DNA of 64,000 nucleotides from a virus (lineage: Duplodnaviria; Caudoviricetes), in the IMG/VR virus record IMGVR_UViG_3300047565_000101, positions 1-64,000 of that record; one strand, 5' to 3'. The notes beneath the pieces are model-generated. The model made no database searches. It had not been told where the DNA came from and saw only the letters and a program-made list of their open reading frames with translations. Each line of letters begins with the position of its first letter. Position 1 is the first letter of the stretch. The translations under genes were made by a program, and so were the position numbers. Shown here piece after piece: positions 1 to 6,241 of the stretch.

Positions 1-221
1 CATGATAGCTCCTTCTCAATAGCCTCAATAATTAACTGGAATGCAGTTTGTAGTCCTTGATTAAATTCTTCATTGACATAGTTTCCATCTTTGTATGTCG
101 CAGCCAATTCTACTACTGCACGAAGGGCATTGCGAAGTTTCTCAATCAACTCCCACTGTGTTTCGTCAGGCTCTCTATCCCAAACACGGTTAAGTCTGTC
201 TAGCAATTCATCGTGGGTCAT
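1..221 (-). CDS. Small hypothetical protein of the MT(H/Y)DELL..ALRAVVEL..AIEKEL family (stop codon truncated by window edge)
   Basis: Hand translation from ATG at 221: MTHDELLDRLNRVWDREPDETQWELIEKLRNALRAVVELAATYKDG...IEAIEKELS; ATGA overlap with upstream paralog. Confidence 0.8.
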   Translation of the reverse strand, partial: MTHDELLDRLNRVWDREPDETQWELIEKLRNALRAVVELAATYKDGNYVNEEFNQGLQTAFQLIIEAIEKELS

Positions 222-457
222 CCCAACTCCTTTTCAATAGCCTGAATAGTTGGGCAGGGATACTGCTCTCCATCTTCAATGCAAATACCTGCTGGAATAT
301 CTTTATGCTCTACGGATTCTCTATGCAATTCCACTACTGCACGAAGGGCTTTGTGTTGTTTGAATAACCCATTAACGGTTTCCTGCCATTCTTTTCCAAT
401 AGTCGGGTCTAGCGTCAATACTCGTTCCATCTTTGCCAGCAATTCATCGTAAGTCAT
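218..457 (-). CDS. Small hypothetical protein, paralog of 1..221 (CxxxxxxYPCPT variant)
   Basis: MTYDELLAK...ALRAVVELH...CIEDGEQYPCPTIQAIEKELG; start moved to 457 by paralog alignment. Confidence 0.8.
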   Translation of the reverse strand: MTYDELLAKMERVLTLDPTIGKEWQETVNGLFKQHKALRAVVELHRESVEHKDIPAGICIEDGEQYPCPTIQAIEKELG

Positions 458-689
458 TCTTATACCTTTCATTGATAGCCTGTACAATTCCTTCAATTAC
501 ATTATATAGAATATAGCCAATAATTACAATGGGACCGAATATAGAAATAATGAAAGAAACAAGGCCTAGTATAATAAATGTCTCAGTATCTAATTCATCC
601 CAAGTATCTAATTCATCTTTAATGAAAGATTTAAATACATGATTAAATACAAGTAGCGAGCAGGCAATCCATAATAGTTTAATTATCAT
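444..689 (-). CDS. Small membrane protein
   Basis: Two hydrophobic segments. Confidence 0.65.
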   Translation of the reverse strand: MIIKLLWIACSLLVFNHVFKSFIKDELDTWDELDTETFIILGLVSFIISIFGPIVIIGYILYNVIEGIVQAINERYKNDLR

Positions 690-783
690 CTTGATCTGAT
701 TCCCATTCTAATCTGCCATCCTTATATACAGGCCAGTAACCTAATGAACGCCAGTCCATACGCATGATCTTAGCTTCGCTCAC
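679..783 (-). CDS. 34-aa hypothetical peptide
   Basis: GTG start, MSEAKIMRMDWRSLGYWPVYKDGRLEWE...; coupled to neighbours. Confidence 0.55.
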   Translation of the reverse strand: MSEAKIMRMDWRSLGYWPVYKDGRLEWESDQDDN

Positions 784-848
784 TTATTGTTCTCCATCCA
801 GAATATAAATACTAATCCGAGGAATGTAACTAATAATGCTGCTGTCAT
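780..848 (-). CDS. 22-aa single-TM peptide
   Basis: MTAALLVTFLGLVFIFWMENNK; ATGA/GTGA coupling on both sides. Confidence 0.45.
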   Translation of the reverse strand: MTAALLVTFLGLVFIFWMENNK

Positions 849-988
849 TGTTTATGCCTTTTCTTCTTATTTACTTTAACCTGCGACTTAATTAATTCTG
901 CTACTGTTTGATTAAACACTTCTTGTTGCTTTGCTTCATCCCAATTGTTTTCTAATGCTGTCGTTGAAATTGCCTGGTGTATCTGCAT
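845..988 (-). CDS. Hypothetical protein
   Basis: MQIHQAIST...KKKRHKQ; start uncertain, overlaps upstream gene. Confidence 0.45.
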   Translation of the reverse strand: MQIHQAISTTALENNWDEAKQQEVFNQTVAELIKSQVKVNKKKRHKQ

Positions 989-1232
989 TATTTCCAGGGT
1001 TGTTAGCGTCATCTTTTGTCCATTCGTAAGCTGTATCATACAGGTAATCCATAACTTCGTCAATAGCCCCGCCCATAGTTGGGGCGGTAGCTTCACAATA
1101 CTTTCCATCTTCTGCAAATGACAATTCAGCTACCCAATGGTTAAAGAATCCACCATAGTTAACTTTAGCTACTTTGATTGTGTAATGATCTGAATAGTCT
1201 AGTTGATCTTCGGGCCACTCTACTTTATCCAT
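936..1232 (-). CDS. Acidic hypothetical protein (leaderless)
   Basis: ATG 6 nt after TTGACA-17-TATTAT; the ORF-track extension runs into tRNAs and is spurious. Confidence 0.7.
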   Translation of the reverse strand: MDKVEWPEDQLDYSDHYTIKVAKVNYGGFFNHWVAELSFAEDGKYCEATAPTMGGAIDEVMDYLYDTAYEWTKDDANNPGNNADTPGNFNDSIRKQLG

Positions 1233-1238
1233 TAGCAA

Positions 1239-1267
1239 ATAATATAATATTGCTATAGGATTGTCAA
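1239..1267 (-). promoter_or_regulatory. Sigma70/SigA-type promoter
   Basis: TTGACA-N17-TATTAT. Confidence 0.7.
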
Positions 1268-1270
1268 TAG

Positions 1271-1341
1271 CTCCCTGCGCTAGACTCGAACTAACATTCA
1301 CGGCTTCAGAGACCGTTGTCCTACCATTGGACGAACAGGGA
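1271..1341 (-). tRNA. tRNA-Gln(CTG)
   Basis: Cloverleaf; anticodon arm ACGGT-CT-CTG-AA-GCCGT; TTCGAGT T-loop. Confidence 0.92.
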
Positions 1342-1346
1342 ACGAG

Positions 1347-1426
1347 TCCGTCATCTTGGAATCGAACCAAGCATGCCATAAGCGGGGGATTTACAGTCCC
1401 CTGTCCCACCTTGGAACATATGACGG
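1347..1426 (-). tRNA. tRNA-Tyr(GTA), atypical acceptor
   Basis: GGGGA-CT-GTA-AA-TCCCC; long variable arm; CTTGG-TTCGATT-CCAAG. Confidence 0.88.
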
Positions 1427-1430
1427 AAAG

Positions 1431-1513
1431 CGGAAGTAATAGGATTCGAACCTATGGATCTTTCGATCTACGATTTAGCAAACCGTTGCATTCGACCACT
1501 CTGCCATACTTCC
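1431..1513 (-). tRNA. tRNA-Ser(GCT)
   Basis: ACGGT-TT-GCT-AA-ATCGT; long variable arm GATC-GAAA-GATC; G73. Confidence 0.93.
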
Positions 1514-1518
1514 ATTGT

Positions 1519-1673
1519 GTCGGGTCAGTTTATAGATTCCACACTGTAAGGCTTAACCGAATCCCCCGACGAGATCGTGCAGTAGACTCCTAGTTGCCCC
1601 TGCAATTTGCGTAAGCAGTCGACGTTCAGTTTAATAGCTAGTTAAACTATAGTCTGCAATACAAATGTTCCCC
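1519..1673 (-). ncRNA. Putative structured non-tRNA RNA(s) between tRNA-Trp and tRNA-Ser
   Basis: Stems AGACT/AGTCT, TAGTTTAA/TTAAACTG, CTGC/GCAG, GTCGGG/CCCGAC, GGATTC/GAATCT; no credible ORF. Confidence 0.5.
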
Positions 1674-1674
1674 G

Positions 1675-1745
1675 CAGAGTCTCTAGGAGTCGAACCTAGG
1701 CTTACCGCTTTGGAGACGGTAGTGCTTCCGTAACACTTAGACCCT
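1675..1745 (-). tRNA. tRNA-Trp(CCA)
   Basis: ACCGT-CT-CCA-AA-GCGGT; CTAGG-TTCGACT-CCTAG. Confidence 0.92.
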
Positions 1746-1749
1746 AAAT

Positions 1750-1936
1750 CCCTATCCTGTAAGAAGTACCAACGCCAATTTAATGGGACGACTTCTATGT
1801 TGCAGTAGGGCCGATTAATAAGTCTACGAGCAAACTAACTTACTAATCTGATATATGAGGCTTTACATAAGCTCGTTGGCCTCCAGTTGTCCCCGTCGGG
1901 AGTCAGTCTATACACCTGCCACTCAACCTTAATATC
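1750..1936 (-). ncRNA. Putative multi-domain structured RNA between tRNA-Leu and tRNA-Trp
   Basis: Three abutting stem-loops (1850-1936, 1813-1848 with 12-bp stem, 1750-1810) with cross-complementary segments. Confidence 0.55.
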
Positions 1937-1937
1937 G

Positions 1938-2011
1938 TGCATCAAGTAGGACTCGAACCTACAACAATCAGTTCCTAAGACTGACGCCTCTACCATTTGG
2001 GCTATTGACGC
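1938..2011 (-). tRNA. tRNA-Leu(TAG), short variable arm
   Basis: TCAGT-CT-TAG-GA-ACTGA; A73. Confidence 0.9.
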
Positions 2012-2015
2012 TTAG

Positions 2016-2089
2016 CGATCCCGAACGGACTTGAACCGTCGACCTATGCCGTGACAGGGCATCGCTCTAACCAACTGAGCTACGAGACC
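2016..2089 (-). tRNA. tRNA-Asp(GTC)
   Basis: ATGCC-CT-GTC-AC-GGCAT; canonical D and T arms. Confidence 0.94.
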
Positions 2090-2093
2090 AAAT

Positions 2094-2120
2094 GAGTAGT
2101 TTTAAATCATACTCAGGATC
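2094..2120 (-). ncRNA. H-type pseudoknot motif, copy 1
   Basis: GATC-CT-GAGTA-T-GATT-TAAAAC-TACTC; covaries with copy at 15497-15523. Confidence 0.6.
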
Positions 2121-2138
2121 AATATTTAAAGCTAAGAA

Positions 2139-2318
2139 TTAAAATTCATTCTCGACTCTGGAACCAAACAATCGTGACCAGATACTAGATACGCTATTGA
2201 TCCAGTAATCATACTCTACATAGATTACATCAAAGTTAACACTTGTATAACCTTCTTCATCTAGGTATTCAAGGAAATCATCATCTAGCTTTGTCCAGCC
2301 TAATCTTTCATGAATCAT
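2139..2318 (-). CDS. 59-aa hypothetical protein
   Basis: MIHERLGWTKLDDDFLEYLDEEG...; TAATG coupling to groES. Confidence 0.6.
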   Translation of the reverse strand: MIHERLGWTKLDDDFLEYLDEEGYTSVNFDVIYVEYDYWINSVSSIWSRLFGSRVENEF

Positions 2319-2623
2319 TATTCTACCTTTCCTACAATATGCTTGTAATGAATGATCAGATACTTAGTTCCGTCTTCATCTTCCACCTCATGTCCAGTAT
2401 GATCTGGATAAAGGACTGTGTTGCCTTCTACGAACTCTGGGACCTTGATTAGCTCTCCATTAAGGGCATTAGGCTCTCCGCCTCCTACAGCCACTACAGA
2501 GCCCTTATTAAGGCCAGTGTCTCTGAATGCTGCAGAAATTAGCAGACCAGACTGAGTTGTTAAATCGCCTACTTCTTCTGGCTTAATTAGAACTAAGCCT
2601 CCTACTGGTTTAATCATCTTCAT
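2318..2623 (-). CDS. groES: Co-chaperonin GroES (Cpn10)
   Basis: IKPVGGLVLIKP, TTQSGLLI mobile loop, GSVVAVGGG, VEGNTVLY. Confidence 0.9.
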   Translation of the reverse strand: MKMIKPVGGLVLIKPEEVGDLTTQSGLLISAAFRDTGLNKGSVVAVGGGEPNALNGELIKVPEFVEGNTVLYPDHTGHEVEDEDGTKYLIIHYKHIVGKVE

Positions 2624-2768
2624 CCTCTTCTATATAGTCGATGGGAATCATTAATTCACATCTTTCACAATAATTATATCTCATACCTGTATAAGGACAT
2701 GAACCTGCTGATACTTCTTTATGACTAGCAACCTTGCAGATTACCCTGTTAATAATTAATTTTAGCAT
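2610..2768 (-). CDS. Small Cys/His zinc-ribbon-like protein
   Basis: ICKVASH...GSCPYTG...YCERC. Confidence 0.6.
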   Translation of the reverse strand: MLKLIINRVICKVASHKEVSAGSCPYTGMRYNYCERCELMIPIDYIEEDEDD

Positions 2769-2885
2769 TTATTCTTCATTCTGGCTAGTAGTATCTTTAT
2801 CTTTTTTAATCTTATGCGTATTATCACAATATGGATATGATTGTGACCTACCGCAAAAACATTGCTTTGGAGGGATATCTACCAT
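2769..2885 (-). CDS. Minimal CDGSH-type (NEET) 2Fe-2S domain protein
   Basis: MVDIPPKQCFCGRSQSYPYCDNTHK fits C-x-C-x2-S-x3-P-x-C-D-x-T-H. Confidence 0.75.
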   Translation of the reverse strand: MVDIPPKQCFCGRSQSYPYCDNTHKIKKDKDTTSQNEE

Positions 2886-3574
2886 TATTCACCGAATACA
2901 GTCTTATATGTAATTGGGAATGCATCCTTTGTCATTGTCTTTACCGCCTCAGCATAATCTCTAATCTCAGACTGAGCATCACCCTTTAGTCTTTGATCTA
3001 AGAAATTAATTACACCTTGCAAGCTTACTGTCCATCTCCATCGAACATACATCCCATATGCTGGCAAGAATAGGCGAGCCTGCTCTGGTGCTACACCAGC
3101 TTCAAGAGCCTCCTTATAGAGTCGATTACCAGCCCCTGCAATATCAAAAAGCTTATTAGTAAATCTGCCACCAATATGCTCTGGTAGCACTGGACCCGAA
3201 CCTTGCTTACTATTTTCTGGCTTTGATCTCCACTCATCTCCAAGTGGGATATAGAATTCTTCTGCCTCTGTAATGTAACGTCTTGAAGACTCATTCCATC
3301 CGCTTTGATCATCCATATGAGTAGATGAGACAGCATACTTCCACCATTGTCTTGCTACCATTAATGGCGCATAAACTTCAAATGTAAGAGCAGCATGTCT
3401 AAATGGAGAAGTATGATTTTCTCTCCACAAGAAATCGATTAGCTTATGATCCTTCTCGCTAAGCTCGCTGGACTCCTTATCGTATGAAACTCTAGCAGCA
3501 TTTACAATTGATAAATCTGATCCAAGAGTATCAACTAACCGCACATATCCTTTATCTAAAACATCAATCTTCAT
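2885..3574 (-). CDS. thyX: FAD-dependent thymidylate synthase ThyX
   Basis: IVNAARVSY, HTSPFRH, PLMVARQWWKY, WNESSRRY, EQARLFLP, AQSEIRDYA. Confidence 0.95.
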   Translation of the reverse strand: MKIDVLDKGYVRLVDTLGSDLSIVNAARVSYDKESSELSEKDHKLIDFLWRENHTSPFRHAALTFEVYAPLMVARQWWKYAVSSTHMDDQSGWNESSRRYITEAEEFYIPLGDEWRSKPENSKQGSGPVLPEHIGGRFTNKLFDIAGAGNRLYKEALEAGVAPEQARLFLPAYGMYVRWRWTVSLQGVINFLDQRLKGDAQSEIRDYAEAVKTMTKDAFPITYKTVFGE

Positions 3575-3602
3575 ACTACTCCTTGTTTAATAATTAGGTA
3601 TT

Positions 3603-3631
3603 AGTATACATTAATAAGAAATGCCTGTCAA
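3603..3631 (-). promoter_or_regulatory. Promoter for thyX operon
   Basis: TTGACA-N17-TATACT, followed by AAGGAG RBS. Confidence 0.75.
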
Positions 3632-3634
3632 TAG

Positions 3635-3660
3635 AAAAACCCATACATTTCTGTATGGGC
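3635..3660 (-). terminator. Intrinsic terminator
   Basis: CCCATACA-GAAA-TGTATGGG then TTTTT. Confidence 0.8.
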
Positions 3661-3676
3661 TTGTATAAGATTAAAC

Positions 3677-3862
3677 TTATACCTTCTTCTTACCTGTGCG
3701 CTTTGGCTTAGGGATTAAAGATGTTTCTCTACGAATTCCATGCTTGTTCTGATCAATTCTCATTCCTTGCTGGGGATTCCTTCTTGTTGCTTCACGGCTT
3801 GTAACCGCTCCAGAAGCAGATCCTGCTCCTTGTGGCGGAACCATACCTGTGCCATCTGACAT
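3677..3862 (-). CDS. Small basic disordered protein
   Basis: ORF track; coupled to upstream gene. Confidence 0.65.
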   Translation of the reverse strand: MSDGTGMVPPQGAGSASGAVTSREATRRNPQQGMRIDQNKHGIRRETSLIPKPKRTGKKKV

Positions 3863-4026
3863 TAGTTCATATCCATTTCTGTTCTTGATACGCCAAGCGT
3901 ATTCATTGAGTCTGTTCCAAACATTACTGGTGAATCTAACTGTCCTGGGCCGACGTCATAGACGCTACGATTAGGCATTTCTTCCCCCATGAATGCTTCT
4001 TTATTGCAACCACACATTGCACACAT
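3862..4026 (-). CDS. 54-aa peptide with N-terminal MCxxCGC motif
   Basis: MCAMCGCNKEAFMGEEMP... Confidence 0.65.
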   Translation of the reverse strand: MCAMCGCNKEAFMGEEMPNRSVYDVGPGQLDSPVMFGTDSMNTLGVSRTEMDMN

Positions 4027-4028
4027 AA

Positions 4029-4142
4029 TTACTTACCGTTATTTCCGAGACCTGCTCCATCTTGTGAAGACTTGTCTGTTGCTGGGTAAGCTGGCTTTGG
4101 AGCTTCTGTGTAATTTGCTGCTGGTACGTTATTTGTTGTCAT
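4029..4142 (-). CDS. 37-aa peptide
   Basis: Strong AGGAGA RBS; MTTNNVPAANYTEAPKPAYPATDKSSQDGAGLGNNGK. Confidence 0.65.
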   Translation of the reverse strand: MTTNNVPAANYTEAPKPAYPATDKSSQDGAGLGNNGK

Positions 4143-4215
4143 TTTATTTCTCCTATAGGTTTATTTTAGATGGGTCTAGAAATCCATCTACTAATATATT
4201 ATAGCATTTAGTTGA

Positions 4216-4332
4216 TTAAGATCTGTATTTGATGTAAAAGCACTCTTCACATACTTCAATAAACTTAGTTTCTGAACTTGTGAGCCTTGAAGCAGGATTC
4301 TCACATCCTTCTATATCGCATACATCAATCAA
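4216..4332 (-). CDS. Small zinc-finger peptide
   Basis: CDIEGC...VCEEC. Confidence 0.5.
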   Translation of the reverse strand: MIDVCDIEGCENPASRLTSSETKFIEVCEECFYIKYRS

Positions 4333-4334
4333 TA

Positions 4335-4472
4335 CTATTGTACTCTTTCGATTCTATTTATAATAAATCTAACTATATCCCTGGAGTTCCACTCATATGG
4401 GAACTCTATCTCAGAAATCTCTTTAATTAGATTCTTTTTAAATACATCTTTGTATAGCTCTAGTTCATTCAT
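4335..4472 (-). CDS. 45-aa hypothetical protein
   Basis: ATGA-coupled to 4469..4669. Confidence 0.55.
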   Translation of the reverse strand: MNELELYKDVFKKNLIKEISEIEFPYEWNSRDIVRFIINRIERVQ

Positions 4473-4669
4473 TTTATCTTCCCGCCAAACTTAGCCCAAA
4501 CTCTTTCATGCAAGAAGTATCCAAGAGCCTCCCACCCAATATAAATTAAAGCTCCGAGGCTAGCATACTCCCACTCTCCAGTAAAAATATAAATTACTCC
4601 AGCAACGCCTACGAGATGAAATGTCTCCCAGCTTGCTGTCTTTAATAAAGTTCTTTTAGTTGATTCCAT
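4469..4669 (-). CDS. Small membrane protein, DUF2061-like
   Basis: MESTKRTLLKTASW...YFLHERVW. Confidence 0.75.
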   Translation of the reverse strand: MESTKRTLLKTASWETFHLVGVAGVIYIFTGEWEYASLGALIYIGWEALGYFLHERVWAKFGGKIK

Positions 4670-4694
4670 GTATAAAGTCTATCATTTAAATGGT

Positions 4695-4730
4695 AAAGGG
4701 GCAAGACCCAATTTGAGTCCTGCCCCTTTT
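4695..4730 (-). terminator. Intrinsic terminator (possibly bidirectional)
   Basis: AAAAGGGGCAGGACTC...GGGTCTTGCCCCTTT. Confidence 0.8.
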
Positions 4731-4740
4731 ATTAGGCTGT

Positions 4741-5730
4741 TTACTTCTTTAAAGCAACCTTAGCCTTTGGATTCTTTGCGTTCCACTTCTTAGCAAGAGC
4801 ATTATACTCTGCCTTGTAAGCTGCTGCTGCGAGATCCGCTGCTGCCTTTGCTGTAACTGCATCTGCTGCTGCCTTATCGACTGCTGCCTTTGTTACTGCG
4901 TGTGCTGCCTTCTCTGCTGCAAGAGCAGACTGTGCTGCTGCAAGCTCTGCCTTAACTGATGCAAGTATGTCTGCTGGGTTTGTAACAAATGCAAACTTTG
5001 AAACAGACTTAACTGCTGCTGGAAGGCCAGTAACATCTGTTGCTGTAATGTTAACAGCAATTGCTACTGTTCCAACTGTTGCTGGTGCTGTGAGATCAAA
5101 AACAAATGTTCCTGTTGCTGTATCGGATACTGAAACTGCACCTACAGTTGCATTAATTGCAGATACTGTTGGAACAGTTGTTACAACTGGGTTTCCAAAA
5201 ATATCTGTTGTCTTTGCATATACCTTATTAACTGTTGAAACTGCTGCTGAGTCTGCACCAACCACTGAAAGATTATATGCTGCTCCTGCAGAGCCCTTGA
5301 TGTAATATGTTGTTGTGTTTCCACCAACAGTAAGTACTACTGTTCCTGCTGCAACTGACTTTGTAAATACATAGAAGTCAGCAGTTGTGCCTGTTCCTGT
5401 ATTAATTGAAAGCGTTGTAGTACCTGCTGATGCAGTTACTGGAGCTGAAACTGTTGCAAGAGCTGGAACAATTGATGCTCCATTTGCTGTTGCTGAAACA
5501 ACTGTACCTGTATCAAGGCCTGTTACTGCGATCTTGAGAGCATCTGCTGAATCAACTGAGTTGTCTGCTGGTACTGGCAAAACAACTGGGTTTGAAGCAA
5601 CTAGGCCAGTTGAAACTGACGATCCGCCTACTGTTAAAGTTGTTGTTGCTGCACTAGCAGGTGTAGCTACGATTGTTGCAATTGACATAGCTGCAACTAC
5701 GCCTACTGCGATTTTCTTAAATGAGTTCAT
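4741..5730 (-). CDS. Secreted Ala/Thr/Val-rich surface (Ig-like/S-layer-like) protein
   Basis: Signal peptide MNSFKKIAVG...PASA; beta-rich body; C-terminal coiled coil ending KKWNAKNPKAKVALKK. Confidence 0.7.
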   Translation of the reverse strand: MNSFKKIAVGVVAAMSIATIVATPASAATTTLTVGGSSVSTGLVASNPVVLPVPADNSVDSADALKIAVTGLDTGTVVSATANGASIVPALATVSAPVTASAGTTTLSINTGTGTTADFYVFTKSVAAGTVVLTVGGNTTTYYIKGSAGAAYNLSVVGADSAAVSTVNKVYAKTTDIFGNPVVTTVPTVSAINATVGAVSVSDTATGTFVFDLTAPATVGTVAIAVNITATDVTGLPAAVKSVSKFAFVTNPADILASVKAELAAAQSALAAEKAAHAVTKAAVDKAAADAVTAKAAADLAAAAYKAEYNALAKKWNAKNPKAKVALKK

Positions 5731-5774
5731 TTAATTTATTCTCCTCTTTCTCCTGTCTCTTCTAAGACAGAAAC

Positions 5775-5945
5775 CTATTCTAGTTCAAAAATTCTAACAT
5801 GGAAGGAACACGGATCTCCGCCTTCATCCCATTCTTGCATTTCTTCTTCTGACATTGGTGGCCCATCATGAGTATTGCAAAATACATCTGATATCCATCC
5901 CTTATCTCCACCATACTTAATCCATGCATCAAAGTCTAGATCCAT
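5775..5945 (-). CDS. 56-aa hypothetical protein
   Basis: MDLDFDAWIKYG...CNTHDGPP...GGDPCSFHVR. Confidence 0.6.
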   Translation of the reverse strand: MDLDFDAWIKYGGDKGWISDVFCNTHDGPPMSEEEMQEWDEGGDPCSFHVRIFELE

Positions 5946-6241
5946 TCGGATATCTCCTTCATGATTACATGCTTAGGCTTTGCGCCAATTATAGAATGAA
6001 CTTTTTCTCCACCCTTAAACAATAGCATAGTTGGTATAGAAATTATACCATACTCAGAAGACTTCACCTGATTTTCATCAACATTTAACTTACCAATCGG
6101 TAGCTTTCCTTCGCCAGATATCTCTTCTAGAATTGGAAGCATCTTCTTGCATGGTCCACACCACTCTGCCCAGAAGTCTACTAGGATAAGATCATTTGAA
6201 TTAATCGTGTCTTCAAAGTTATCGTCTGTCAAGACAATCAT
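5936..6241 (-). CDS. trxA: Thioredoxin
   Basis: LVDFWAEWCGPCK; SIPTMLLFKGG. Confidence 0.95.
   Translation of the reverse strand: MIVLTDDNFEDTINSNDLILVDFWAEWCGPCKKMLPILEEISGEGKLPIGKLNVDENQVKSSEYGIISIPTMLLFKGGEKVHSIIGAKPKHVIMKEISEWI

Noticed and set aside
1233-1593. ORF-track proteins 1261..1593 (+) and the N-terminal extension of 936..1409
   Set aside because: They overlap three clear tRNA genes; the real start is at 1232.
1519-1936. tmRNA, group I intron, hammerhead or theta/HDV ribozyme in the tRNA spacers
   Set aside because: No tRNA-Ala-like ends or tag frame, and no recognisable catalytic core found by eye; left unassigned.
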